From: Nitrospirota bacterium
GTDB taxonomy: Bacteria > Nitrospirota > Thermodesulfovibrionia > Thermodesulfovibrionales > JdFR-86
Assembly (NCBI GenBank): GCA_963721805.1
Contig: CAVRJY010000002.1
Coordinates: 5,067-69,066 of the forward strand
DNA length: 64,000 nt
Direction: 5' to 3'
Made by a program: the position numbers and the translations under genes. Under the pieces are notes generated by a model. The model ran no database searches and had not been told where the DNA came from. It saw only the letters and a program-made list of their open reading frames with translations. Numbering within the stretch: position 1 is the stretch's first letter; each line of letters opens with the position of its first letter. Below, piece by piece: positions 20,197-29,457 of this stretch.

Positions 20197-20310
20197 ATGG
20201 ACATCGTCTTATTTGTCGCAACGCTGGGGTGTTTAGCACTCGTTTCGCATGGCCGAAGGGTCATGGCTCTAAGAGAGACAAAACAATCAATCAGGAGGAC
20301 ACGTAGATGA
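20197..20310 (+). CDS. Leader/small hydrophobic peptide (37 aa), paralog of the peptide upstream of kdpF
   Basis: MDIVLFVATLGCLALVSHGRRVMALRETKQSIRRTRR. The first ~16 codons are homologous to 21647-21727. Its TGA overlaps the porin ATG (AGATGA). A GGAGG lies 12 nt upstream in both copies. Confidence 0.35.
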   Translation: MDIVLFVATLGCLALVSHGRRVMALRETKQSIRRTRR

Positions 20311-21095
20311 CGAAGAGGTTGACGAGTTTGTTTTTAAGCATGCTGCTGGTTCTGGCTGCTGCTGGTGTTGCGTTGGCTGACGAGGCGGCCCCGGCAGCCG
20401 CCCCGGCGATACCCACATCCGCAACGGCATCGGTAAGCTACATGAGCGAGTACGTATGGAGGGGTCTCGTCCAGACCAACGCTGCGGGGGTCATCCAGCC
20501 CTCGATAGACTTCAACTACGGCGGGTTCAACGCCAACCTCTGGTCGAGCTACAACCTCGGCCACAGTGTCCAGCAGATGACCGAGACGGACCTCACGCTG
20601 AAGTACACGTACTCGATCAAGGACCTCAGCCTGAGCGCGGGCTATATCTACTATGGCACGCAACCCCTCAACGACGAGGAGGCGTTCGTCTCGGCCTCTT
20701 ACGCGACGATCCTGAACCCTAGCATCACCTACTATCAGGATCTCCGCCTCGGCCACGGCGGCGGCTTCGCGGTGCTCGCCCTGAACCAGACGAGCCCGGA
20801 ACTCTGGCACGGGATCACTGTGGGCGGCGGGCTCTCGGCCGGGTATGACTACAATGATTTCGCGATGGGACTTACGAAGGACGGCAAGAAGTATGCTGGC
20901 TTCTACAACGGTGAGCTCACGACCTTCATAAACTTTCCTGTGACGAAGGCCATCTCGATAAAGCCCTCACTGACGTACGATTTCCCTCTTACCAAGGATG
21001 CCAGCTATATAATGAAGACCGACTCGCAGGCGACTGCCCACAACGACCACAACTCGGTCCTATGGGGCGGCGTGACCGTTGCGGTGGCGTTCTAA
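20307..21095 (+). CDS. TorF-family (Gcw_chp) outer-membrane beta-barrel porin
   Basis: Signal peptide ..LVLAAAGVALA. SYMSEYVWRGLVQT..IQPSIDFNYGGFNANLWSSY is typical of the family. The C-terminal residue is aromatic (..VAVAF). A paralog lies at 39425-40207. Confidence 0.7.
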   Translation: MTKRLTSLFLSMLLVLAAAGVALADEAAPAAAPAIPTSATASVSYMSEYVWRGLVQTNAAGVIQPSIDFNYGGFNANLWSSYNLGHSVQQMTETDLTLKYTYSIKDLSLSAGYIYYGTQPLNDEEAFVSASYATILNPSITYYQDLRLGHGGGFAVLALNQTSPELWHGITVGGGLSAGYDYNDFAMGLTKDGKKYAGFYNGELTTFINFPVTKAISIKPSLTYDFPLTKDASYIMKTDSQATAHNDHNSVLWGGVTVAVAF

Positions 21096-21219
21096 TACAT
21101 AGGCTTCTTCTTGACTCCCCCCGCCCGGCTACCTACGACCGGAGCGGGGGGAGCCTCTCCTGGTTGAGGCGAAACAGAGAGCGTGGGGCGCTGCATTACC
21201 TAACCATGAGGAGCGCATT

Positions 21220-21429
21220 ATGACACTGACAGATAAAATCAAAGAAGTCGAAAAGGCTGAAATAATTCAAGCTCTCAAGGAATGCGATGGGTGCCGGGCA
21301 AAAACAGCACGGCAACTCGGTATCACAGAAAGAATGGTCGGATACAAAATAAAGAAATATGGGATTCAAATAAAACACGAGATATCCGTGGTCATATGTG
21401 ATCAACAAGGAGAACCCAAAGAGCACTGA
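21220..21429 (+). CDS. Stand-alone Fis-type (HTH_8) DNA-binding protein, low GC
   Basis: KAEIIQALKECDGCRAKTARQLGITERMVGYKIKKYGI resembles the C-terminal HTH of sigma-54 activators or Fis. By eye it is ~40% GC in a ~60% GC context. Confidence 0.65.
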   Translation: MTLTDKIKEVEKAEIIQALKECDGCRAKTARQLGITERMVGYKIKKYGIQIKHEISVVICDQQGEPKEH

Positions 21430-21457
21430 AAAGGGCGAATAAAGGCTTCTTCCCCTC

Positions 21458-21497
21458 CCCCCCCGGCAACGATCCCCGACGTTTCGTTGCCGGGGGG
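21458..21497 (+). terminator. GC-rich hairpin CCCCCGGCAACG..CGTTGCCGGGGG
   Basis: Inverted repeat seen directly. A homologous hairpin follows the second porin at 40229-40264. The T-run is weak. Confidence 0.45.
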
Positions 21498-21568
21498 TCT
21501 CCTATTGCAAGAGGACATCTATGCACAGAATTAGGCTGTTGTAAATAACATCAAAAACATACGAAACA

Positions 21569-21623
21569 TTTACACCTTGGAGGCTCATTTATGCAGTACT
21601 TTTACACTGTTTCGTGATAGGCT
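21569..21623 (+). promoter_or_regulatory. kdp promoter module B (putative KdpE half-site repeats + extended -10-like TG-n-TAGGCT)
   Basis: TTTACACC (21569), TTTATGC (21588), TTTTACA (21600), TTTCGTGATAGGCT. The order and spacing match module A. Confidence 0.5.
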
Positions 21624-21646
21624 TGAATATGGAGGTGGACAACGAC

Positions 21647-21727
21647 ATGGACATCGTATTTGTAGGGGCAACACTGGGGTGCTTCGCACTCACGGGCTTG
21701 ATGGTCAGGCTCTTCGGAAAGCTGTAA
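21647..21727 (+). CDS. 26-aa hydrophobic peptide upstream of kdpF
   Basis: MDIVFVGATLGCFALTGLMVRLFGKL. A GGAGG lies 12 nt upstream. A paralogous copy lies at 20197. Confidence 0.4.
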   Translation: MDIVFVGATLGCFALTGLMVRLFGKL

Positions 21728-21741
21728 GAGGAGGACAAGGC

Positions 21742-21834
21742 ATGGACATTCTGTATTGGATTGGCGGGGTGATTTCCACGGGGCTTCTGGTGTATCTGTT
21801 CGTGGCGCTTCTGAAGCCGGAGATATTCTCATGA
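21742..21834 (+). CDS. kdpF: KdpF, small subunit of the K+-transporting ATPase
   Basis: MDILYWIGGVISTGLLVYLFVALLKPEIFS has a typical KdpF length and the ..YL..ALL.PE.F ending. A GAGGAGG RBS precedes it. Confidence 0.8.
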   Translation: MDILYWIGGVISTGLLVYLFVALLKPEIFS

Positions 21835-21893
21835 CAACGAACCTGATGTTCTATCTGCTTATAGCGTTGCTAAAGCCGGGGATATTCTCATGA
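21831..21893 (+). CDS. Truncated KdpF-like mini-ORF (20 aa) between kdpF and kdpA
   Basis: In [20 protein letters not shown], the start mimics kdpA (MTTNMM) and the tail mimics kdpF (LLVYLFVALLKPEIFS). ATGA start/stop overlaps occur on both sides. Confidence 0.4.
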   Translation: MTTNLMFYLLIALLKPGIFS

Positions 21894-23701
21894 CAACAAA
21901 CATGATGATACAGATGGCAATTTACGTGGCCGTGCTCGTGGCGTTCGTCAAGCCGCTCGGGGCCTATATGGCCAAGGTATACATGGGTGAACCCTTCGCG
22001 CTGGGTCGGGTGCTTGGTCCGGTGGAGCGGCTTATATACAAAGTATGTCTCGTTAAATCCGATGAGGAGATGACGTGGCAGCGCTATGCCGCATCGCTTC
22101 TGTGGTTCAGCCTGTTTGGGGTGCTCGCGGTCTATCTCATCCAGCGCATGCAGTCCTTCCTGCCGCTTAACCCGGCGGCAATGGCGGCTGTATCGCCTGA
22201 CTCATCGTTTAACACCGCGATCAGCTTCGTGACCAACACGAACTGGCAGGGCTATGGCGGAGAGAGCACAATGAGCTATCTCACACAGATGGCGGCGCTA
22301 GGCGTCCAGAACTTCCTCTCGGCCGCATCGGCTATGGCCGTGATGGTGGCGCTCATCCGTGGTATCACGCGCCACACCTCGAAGACTATAGGAAACTTCT
22401 GGGTAGACCTTACGCGCTCGACTGTCTACATACTGCTTCCGCTCTCGATAATCTTCGCGCTGGTGCTGGTATCACAGGGCGTCGTCCAGAATTTCAGCGA
22501 TTATAAGAAGGTCCAGATGGTCGAGACCGTGACGTACGATAACCCCAAGAATGACGATCAGGGCAATCCTATAAAGGATGCCTCCGGTAACCCGGTGACA
22601 GAGAAAGCGACCCTCAAGGAGCAGACTATCCCGATGGGGCCTGCCGCATCCCAGATAGCCATAAAACAGTTGGGAACGAACGGTGGCGGTTATTTCAATG
22701 TGAACTCCGCGCACCCGTTTGAGAACCCGACCGCTTTATCCAATTTCCTTGAGATGCTCGCGATACTGCTTATAGGCGCGGCCCTGTGTTATACGTTTGG
22801 CCGCATGGTGAATGACAAACGGCAGGGTTGGGCGCTATTGGCCGCGATGCTCATTATATTCATCCCGCTCCTGCTGTTTACGGGCTATATCGAGCAGCAG
22901 GGCAACCCGCAGTTCTCCTCTATCGCAAGCATCGACCAGTCGGCCAATGCCATGCAGTCCGGCGGCAACATGGAGGGCAAGGAGGTGCGCTTCGGCATAG
23001 CCTCCTCGGCCACATGGGCCGTCGCGACCACGTCCGCGTCCAACGGCTCGGTAAACTCAATGCATGACTCCTATACGCCGCTTGGCGGGCTGGTGCCGAT
23101 GTTCCTAATGCAGCTTGGCGAGGTCGTATTCGGCGGCCTGGGCTGCGGTCTGTATGGGATGCTGATGTTCGTCCTGTTGACCGTATTTATCGCGGGCCTG
23201 ATGGTCGGGCGAACACCCGAATATCTCGGCAAGAAGATCGAGTCCTTTGAGATGAAGATGGCCTCGCTGACTATACTGATACCTGCCGCGCTGACACTGG
23301 TGGGAACGGCGATAGCCTCTATAGCCGAGGCTGGTGTGGCCGGGGTCGCCAATCCGGGGCCGCACGGTTTTTCAGAGATACTATATGCATTCAGCTCGGC
23401 CACTGGCAATAACGGGAGCGCATTTGCGGGCCTCAGCGCGAATACGGTGTTCTATAACTCGATCCTCGGGTTCGTGATGTTCATGTCCAGGTTCGGGGTC
23501 ATTATCCCGGTGCTAGGGATAGCAGGCTCGCTGGCCGCCAAGAAGTACGTCCCGGCAAGCTCCGGCACGCTGCCCACCCACACGCCGCTGTTCGTGACGT
23601 TCCTGGTGGCCGTGATAATAATTATCGGTGCCCTGACGTTCCTGCCTTCACTGGCGCTGGGGCCGATAGCCGAGCAGATGCTCGCAGGGATAGGGAGGTA
23701 A
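21890..23701 (+). CDS. kdpA: K+-transporting ATPase subunit A
   Basis: 603 aa polytopic protein. NWQGYGGE and [18 protein letters not shown] are selectivity-filter-like KdpA motifs. It sits in operon position. Confidence 0.95.
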   Translation: MTTNMMIQMAIYVAVLVAFVKPLGAYMAKVYMGEPFALGRVLGPVERLIYKVCLVKSDEEMTWQRYAASLLWFSLFGVLAVYLIQRMQSFLPLNPAAMAAVSPDSSFNTAISFVTNTNWQGYGGESTMSYLTQMAALGVQNFLSAASAMAVMVALIRGITRHTSKTIGNFWVDLTRSTVYILLPLSIIFALVLVSQGVVQNFSDYKKVQMVETVTYDNPKNDDQGNPIKDASGNPVTEKATLKEQTIPMGPAASQIAIKQLGTNGGGYFNVNSAHPFENPTALSNFLEMLAILLIGAALCYTFGRMVNDKRQGWALLAAMLIIFIPLLLFTGYIEQQGNPQFSSIASIDQSANAMQSGGNMEGKEVRFGIASSATWAVATTSASNGSVNSMHDSYTPLGGLVPMFLMQLGEVVFGGLGCGLYGMLMFVLLTVFIAGLMVGRTPEYLGKKIESFEMKMASLTILIPAALTLVGTAIASIAEAGVAGVANPGPHGFSEILYAFSSATGNNGSAFAGLSANTVFYNSILGFVMFMSRFGVIIPVLGIAGSLAAKKYVPASSGTLPTHTPLFVTFLVAVIIIIGALTFLPSLALGPIAEQMLAGIGR

Positions 23702-23706
23702 CCGAG

Positions 23707-25782
23707 ATGAGAAGAAAAGAGAAGAAATCGCGTCCGATATTCGACCCCGCCATAATGCGCAGGGCGATTATAGAGTCGTTTATTAAGCTGAACCCGCGCT
23801 ATCAGATCAAGAAACCGGTGATGTTCGTGGTCGAGATCGGGAGTGTCCTGACTACTGGACTCTTCGTCCGGTCGCTGTTGTCGCCTGGGGCGGAATCCCC
23901 GACCTTCATATTGCTGGTATCGCTGTGGCTGTGGTTCACTGTGCTGTTTGCGAACTTTGCCGAGTCCATGGCCGAGGGTCGGGGCAAGGCGCAGGCCGAA
24001 ACGCTGCGAGGCTCGCGCAAGGCCATCAACGCCAAGGTGATGAAGACTCCGGACCCCAAGGGGAAGGTCACACTCGTGCCATCTTCGAACCTTAAGAGGG
24101 GCGACATAGTGCTCATCGAGACGGGTGATGTCGTGCCCGGCGACGGCGAGGTAATCGTGGGCGTTGCCTCTGTCAACGAGAGCGCTATAACGGGCGAGAG
24201 TGCCCCGGTCATCCGTGAAAGCGGCGGGGACAGAAGCGCCGTAACCGGCGGTACGATAGTCCTGTCGGACTGGCTTGTCGTCAGGATCACGGCCAATCCC
24301 GGCGAGGCATTCATAGACCGCATGATCGCGATGGTCGAGGGCGCGAAGCGCCAGAAGACCCCCAACGAGATAGCGCTCGACATCCTGCTTGCAGGGCTTA
24401 CAATCGTCTTCCTGCTTGCTACCGTCACGCTCCTGCCGTATTCGCTCTTCAGTGTGCATGCGGCAGGACAGGGGAGCCCGGTGACGATTACCACGCTCGC
24501 CGCGCTGCTCGTATGCCTGATCCCGACCACCATAGGCGGGCTGCTCTCCTCTATCGGCATAGCCGGTATGGATCGCATGATCCAGGCAAACGTTATAGCG
24601 ATGTCAGGCCGCGCGGTCGAGGCTGCCGGAGATGTAGACGTGCTGCTTCTGGATAAGACCGGCACTATCACGTTCGGCAACCGGCAGGCCACCGCGTTCA
24701 TACCAGCCATGGGCATCGATGAAAAGACACTGGCCGACGCAGCACAACTTTCGTCACTTGCGGATGAGACCCCCGAGGGCCGGAGCATAGTCGTGCTCGC
24801 GAAAGAGAAGTTCAATATACGTGAGCGCGATATCATCGCTCTTAACGCCAAACTCGTGCCGTTTTCGGCGCAGACCCGGATGAGCGGCGTGGACCTTGGC
24901 AACCGTGAAATCCGCAAGGGCGCGGCGGACGCCATCGAGCTGTATGTCAAGATGCAGGGCGGCGCATTTCCTGCTGAGGTTCAGGCCGCAGTGGATAAAA
25001 TAGCAAAAGAGGGCGCAACTCCATTAGTCGTGGCCGATGGCAAGCGAGTGCTCGGTACTATACGGCTCAACGATATCGTAAAGGGCGGCATTAAGGAGAG
25101 GTTCGCCGAACTCCGCCGCATGGGTATCAGGACCGTGATGATAACGGGCGACAACCCGCTTACCGCCGCTGCCATCGCTGCCGAGGCCGGGGTGGATGAC
25201 TTCCTTGCGCAGGCCACACCCGAGGCCAAGCTTAAGCTCATACGCGATCATCAGGCCGGTGGCCGCCTCGTGGCCATGACCGGTGACGGCACCAACGATG
25301 CCCCAGCGCTAGCTCAAGCCGACGTCGCTGTGGCGATGAACACCGGCACCCAAGCCGCAAAAGAGGCCGGAAACATGGTTGATCTGGACTCGAACCCGAC
25401 CAAGCTGATCGAGATAGTCGAGATCGGAAAACAGCTCCTGATGACGCGCGGGACGCTCACCACGTTCAGCATCTCAAATGACGTGGCCAAGTATTTCGCG
25501 ATACTCCCGGCGGCGTTCATTGCAACGTATCCGGCGTTAGGCAAGCTCAACATAATGCACCTGGCCACGCCTCAAAGCGCGATACTCTCGGCGGTCATCT
25601 TTAACGCCCTGATCATCGTATGCCTTATACCGTTGTCGCTTAAGGGCGTGAAGTACCGCGCAGTCGAGGCGGGCGCGCTGCTTAGGAACAATATCCTCAT
25701 CTACGGCGTTGGCGGTCTGATCGTCCCGTTCATCGGGATCAAGGCCATTGACATGATAATCGGCGCTCTGCACATAGTCTAA
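23707..25782 (+). CDS. kdpB: K+-transporting P-type ATPase subunit B
   Basis: DKTGTIT phosphorylation motif, [17 protein letters not shown] and ITGDNPLTA. Confidence 0.95.
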   Translation: MRRKEKKSRPIFDPAIMRRAIIESFIKLNPRYQIKKPVMFVVEIGSVLTTGLFVRSLLSPGAESPTFILLVSLWLWFTVLFANFAESMAEGRGKAQAETLRGSRKAINAKVMKTPDPKGKVTLVPSSNLKRGDIVLIETGDVVPGDGEVIVGVASVNESAITGESAPVIRESGGDRSAVTGGTIVLSDWLVVRITANPGEAFIDRMIAMVEGAKRQKTPNEIALDILLAGLTIVFLLATVTLLPYSLFSVHAAGQGSPVTITTLAALLVCLIPTTIGGLLSSIGIAGMDRMIQANVIAMSGRAVEAAGDVDVLLLDKTGTITFGNRQATAFIPAMGIDEKTLADAAQLSSLADETPEGRSIVVLAKEKFNIRERDIIALNAKLVPFSAQTRMSGVDLGNREIRKGAADAIELYVKMQGGAFPAEVQAAVDKIAKEGATPLVVADGKRVLGTIRLNDIVKGGIKERFAELRRMGIRTVMITGDNPLTAAAIAAEAGVDDFLAQATPEAKLKLIRDHQAGGRLVAMTGDGTNDAPALAQADVAVAMNTGTQAAKEAGNMVDLDSNPTKLIEIVEIGKQLLMTRGTLTTFSISNDVAKYFAILPAAFIATYPALGKLNIMHLATPQSAILSAVIFNALIIVCLIPLSLKGVKYRAVEAGALLRNNILIYGVGGLIVPFIGIKAIDMIIGALHIV

Positions 25783-25795
25783 AGGAGGCATACAG

Positions 25796-26359
25796 ATGGC
25801 TCGTACGATATTAACCGCACTGATTACATTGACGGTCTTCACTGTTCTGACCGGCATAATATACCCGCTTGCGGTGACCGGGATAGCGCAGGTCGCCTTT
25901 CCGGCGCAGGCAAACGGGAGCATGATCGTAAAGGACAACGTCACGGTGGGCTCTGCCCTCATAGGGCAGCCCTTCAGCGACCCGAAGAATTTCTGGAGCC
26001 GTCCTTCGGCTACGGGACCTCAGCCATACAACGCCGGGTCGTCTTCGGGCTCGAACCTCGGGCAGTCGAACCCCGCACTCATCGACGCGGTAAAGGGTAG
26101 GGTTGCGGTTCTTAATGCCGCAGCTCCGGGTGTACCGATCCCCGTGGATCTCGTAACCGCCTCGGCAAGCGGGCTCGATCCGCACATCAGCCCTGCGGCT
26201 GCCGAGTACCAGATAGGGCGTGTCGCAAAAGCGCGTGGCATCGATGAGGCCAAGCTCAGGGAGCTGATCCAGCAAAATACGGATGGACGGTTCATCGGGC
26301 TGCTTGGCGAGCCGGGGGTCAACGTTCTCAAGCTCAACCTCGCTCTGGACGGGCGATAA
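25796..26359 (+). CDS. kdpC: K+-transporting ATPase subunit C
   Basis: 187 aa with an N-terminal TM segment. SGSNLG..NPALI and [15 protein letters not shown] are KdpC signatures. Confidence 0.9.
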   Translation: MARTILTALITLTVFTVLTGIIYPLAVTGIAQVAFPAQANGSMIVKDNVTVGSALIGQPFSDPKNFWSRPSATGPQPYNAGSSSGSNLGQSNPALIDAVKGRVAVLNAAAPGVPIPVDLVTASASGLDPHISPAAAEYQIGRVAKARGIDEAKLRELIQQNTDGRFIGLLGEPGVNVLKLNLALDGR

Positions 26360-26367
26360 GAGGAGAA

Positions 26368-26751
26368 ATGAATAGCAAGCTGTTTGGTGTGATGATGTTT
26401 TTACTGGTGCTTGGTTTTACAGTTGTTACGGCAATTGGGACCTCATACCAGCCGCGCATCTATCACCACCTCGACATGTCCTCGCCCCTGAAGAAAGGGG
26501 ATACGGTGTTTCTGTTTTACGGTGGCACGAATGACGCAAGCGAGCTCATGCGTATTGGCGACATACTGCCAGTTTACCGCACTGACAAGACTTGTCAGTC
26601 TAAAGAGACGGGCAGGATTAAGGTAACGTCCTATGTCGGCGACTATTACTTAAAAGCCGAAGTCACGGAAGGCGAGATTATTGCGGGAGATATTGCGCGT
26701 AAAGGGAAGGCGTCGTGCATCGTGATCCCAGTGGACATATGCAGCCAGTGA
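26368..26751 (+). CDS. Membrane-anchored hypothetical protein in the kdp operon (127 aa)
   Basis: Strong RBS (AAGAGGAGA). An N-terminal TM helix (FGVMMFLLVLGFTVVTAI) follows. The gene starts 8 nt after kdpC. Confidence 0.55.
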   Translation: MNSKLFGVMMFLLVLGFTVVTAIGTSYQPRIYHHLDMSSPLKKGDTVFLFYGGTNDASELMRIGDILPVYRTDKTCQSKETGRIKVTSYVGDYYLKAEVTEGEIIAGDIARKGKASCIVIPVDICSQ

Positions 26752-26856
26752 AGACGGGGTTACTGTTAGGCAAAGCCAATGGAACGACGTCGTAGACCAG
26801 ACGAGCAGCTGGCTAAGATAGGGCGATGAGGATCGCGCAATAGAAAGCGAAGAGTC

Positions 26857-27561
26857 ATGACCGACGACAAGGGTCTGATACTGCTGATTGAGGATGAGCT
26901 CCAGATGCGCCGGTTTCTGAGGATCACGCTTCAGGGCGAGGGCTACAGGCTTATCGAGGCCGCAACCGGAGCGGACGGCCTCCGCGAGGCTGCGATCAAG
27001 AACCCCTCGATAGTGTTGCTAGACCTTGGGCTGCCGGACATCGACGGCATCGAGGTTGCAAGGAAGCTCCGCGAGTGGAGTACCGTGCCGGTCATAGTAA
27101 TTTCAGCACGTGGTCAGGAGGACGACAAGGTAAAGGCCCTCGATGCAGGTGCAAACGATTACCTTACTAAGCCTTTCGGGGTCGGTGAGCTGATGGCGAG
27201 AATACGGGTGGCCCTGCGGGGCGCGCTGACGGCCCCCGAGGAGTCGGTTTTCAACGTGGGAGGCCTGACGGTGGATCTCGCCAACCACCGAGTCACCGTC
27301 GATGGGGTCGATATGCACCTCACCCCGAAGGAATTCAAGCTGCTTTCGGTGCTTGTGCGGCAAACGGGCAAGCTCGTCACGCACGGCCAGCTCATGAGGG
27401 AGGTCTGGGGACCGGATTATATGAACCAGACCCATTATTTGAGGATATACATGGCGCAGCTACGACACAAGATTGAGCCTGATCCGGCGCGGCCTCGCTA
27501 CTTCATCAACGAATCGGGCGTGGGCTACAAATTGTGCGAGGGGTCCAATGTTAAGCCTTAA
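26857..27561 (+). CDS. kdpE: OmpR-family response regulator, KdpE-like
   Basis: Receiver domain (LLIEDE..VLLDLGLPDIDG..KPF) plus a winged-helix output (LTPKEFKLLSVL..GYKL), in the kdp operon context. Confidence 0.8.
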   Translation: MTDDKGLILLIEDELQMRRFLRITLQGEGYRLIEAATGADGLREAAIKNPSIVLLDLGLPDIDGIEVARKLREWSTVPVIVISARGQEDDKVKALDAGANDYLTKPFGVGELMARIRVALRGALTAPEESVFNVGGLTVDLANHRVTVDGVDMHLTPKEFKLLSVLVRQTGKLVTHGQLMREVWGPDYMNQTHYLRIYMAQLRHKIEPDPARPRYFINESGVGYKLCEGSNVKP

Positions 27562-27785
27562 TTTGAGGTACAGTAAATAGGCGCGGGGATATAGTGCCAA
27601 TCAAAGGCGATGATAGGCCAGTGATTAGAAGGCTTGTGGTGTCCATTCTGAACCCTCGGCTATCCTAGAGACGGTGGCGCAGCAATCCTCGCTTACCGTC
27701 TCAGACGGCACTGTAATATTCGCTGAGGCTGAACTTCCGGCATACAATAACCGTAAACCTTCCCTTCTTTCTGCATCGCAAATGC

Positions 27786-27814
27786 TTGGCCTCGATATTG
27801 GAGGGTGTTATAAT
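27786..27814 (+). promoter_or_regulatory. Sigma-70-like promoter (TTGGCC - 17 nt - TATAAT) ~230 nt upstream of the antiporter gene
   Basis: The hexamers and spacing were counted directly in the sequence. Confidence 0.45.
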
Positions 27815-28047
27815 TTATCGATGAAGATGCATAGAGCGCTAAGGACCGGACCCTACCTTACGTTTTTAGCGACAGCAGTGATAGCTTTTACAGTCGATGT
27901 TCTCATGCCAGTCGCAGTAGGGCACCACGCATGGCATATATCCGGCATGTTACGCAAAAACCATGAAAGAAGGCGATGGAGAACCACCCAAGCCTCAGTG
28001 AATAACGGCAAGCTCCGCCTAACACAATATCGATTGCTAGGACGGAA

Positions 28048-29274
28048 ATGGAACTATTCAATATCATAGCTATTCTCATCACGCTCTCAGCCGTATTCGG
28101 CTATGTGAACCATCGCTTTTTCAAGTTGCCGTCCACTATAGGCATGATGCTGATCGCGATCATCATGTCGCTTACGCTTTTCCTGTTGGGACAGTTGGGT
28201 ATGGAAAGGCACTGGATGACGCTTATGAGGAGCATCGACTTCAACAAGACACTGATGGTAGGGATGCTCGGGTTTCTCCTGTTTGCCGGGGCCTTGCACG
28301 TAGAACTCAACGAACTACTCAAGAAGAAGTGGGAGGTTGGCGTCTATGCTACCGTAGGGGTCGTCATCTCGACCTTTATGGTCGGCACGTGCATGTATTA
28401 CCTCCTCGGATGGCTCGGGCTGGAGCTGAGGTATATCCATTGCCTCCTGTTCGGCGCGCTAATCTCGCCCACCGACCCTATTGCCGTCATCGGAATGCTG
28501 AGGCTGGCTGGAGCGCCCAAGGGCCTTGAGGTCCAGATCGCCGGGGAATCGCTGCTTAACGATGGCATCGGCGTAGTGGTATTCCTTGTGCTGGCCGGAA
28601 TAGCCTCGGGCGAATATGCGCCATCGCCTAACACGGTCCTCATGCTCTTTGGCAGGGAGACGCTCGGGGGGGCGCTGCTGGGCCTGTTAATGGGATGGGT
28701 AGCATACCGCCTGCTAAAAAGCATAGACAACTATGAGGTCGAGATACTCATATCTCTGTCGTTGGTTATGGGAGGTTACACACTGGCCGCATCGCTGCAC
28801 ACGTCGGGGCCGATAGCGATGGTCGTAGGCGGGGTGCTGATCGGCAGCCACGGACGCAGGCATGCGATGTCGGAGAAGACTCGCAGCCATCTCGACATGT
28901 TCTGGGAGCTGGTGGATGGAACCCTCAATTCGGTGCTTTTCGTATTGATAGGGCTTCAGCTGCTGTCAGTTACTTTTACGGCGCATACGCTCATGGCCGG
29001 GATCATCGCCGTGCCCGTGACGCTCTTCTCCAGGTGCGTCTCGATAGGCATTCCGCTACGACTGCTCACAATAAGGAAGCGTTTCGATTGGGAGGCGCTC
29101 AGGATCATGACCTGGGGCGGCCTCCGGGGCGGCATAGCTGTGGCGCTCGCTCTCTCGCTGCCAAACGGCCAGGAACGTGACATAATCATAACCATGACAT
29201 ATATCGTCGTGATATTTTCGGTCCTCGTCCAAGGGCTGACATTCAAATATGTCGCTACCCCACGCGCGCAGTAA
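28048..29274 (+). CDS. CPA1-family Na+/H+ (cation/proton) antiporter, NhaP-type
   Basis: 408 aa polytopic protein. LFGALISPTDPIAV and GESLLNDGIGVVVF are CPA1 hallmarks. Confidence 0.85.
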   Translation: MELFNIIAILITLSAVFGYVNHRFFKLPSTIGMMLIAIIMSLTLFLLGQLGMERHWMTLMRSIDFNKTLMVGMLGFLLFAGALHVELNELLKKKWEVGVYATVGVVISTFMVGTCMYYLLGWLGLELRYIHCLLFGALISPTDPIAVIGMLRLAGAPKGLEVQIAGESLLNDGIGVVVFLVLAGIASGEYAPSPNTVLMLFGRETLGGALLGLLMGWVAYRLLKSIDNYEVEILISLSLVMGGYTLAASLHTSGPIAMVVGGVLIGSHGRRHAMSEKTRSHLDMFWELVDGTLNSVLFVLIGLQLLSVTFTAHTLMAGIIAVPVTLFSRCVSIGIPLRLLTIRKRFDWEALRIMTWGGLRGGIAVALALSLPNGQERDIIITMTYIVVIFSVLVQGLTFKYVATPRAQ

Positions 29275-29457
29275 CCCTCTCTAACCCGCCTACTGGAATC
29301 GCGTGTAAGCCCCAATCTTCTCTCAGCCATATAAATTGGCACTCCAGCCGGTGACAAAGGCTATGACCCGGAGCCTTCTTGCTTGTCCTCGCCCTTGATG
29401 GGCACGATTTTACCGCGTCTATTCACTATGCCCATGAAACGGACAATTAGATATTCT

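Noticed and set aside
21577-21834. 85-aa ORF covering the kdp leader region
   Set aside because: It is an artefact of reading through in the kdpF frame. The region is better explained by a 26-aa peptide ORF (21647-21727) and kdpF (21742-21834), each with its own GGAGG.
23452-24950. Two long minus-strand ORFs (335 aa and 382 aa) over kdpA/kdpB
   Set aside because: They are antisense to kdpA and kdpB, which carry unambiguous P-type ATPase and KdpA motifs. These are GC-rich shadow frames.
27674-28069. 131-aa plus-strand ORF upstream of the antiporter
   Set aside because: It has no RBS and contains the TTGGCC-17-TATAAT promoter inside it. It overlaps the antiporter start and has no recognisable motif, so I treat the region as leader/non-coding (low certainty).
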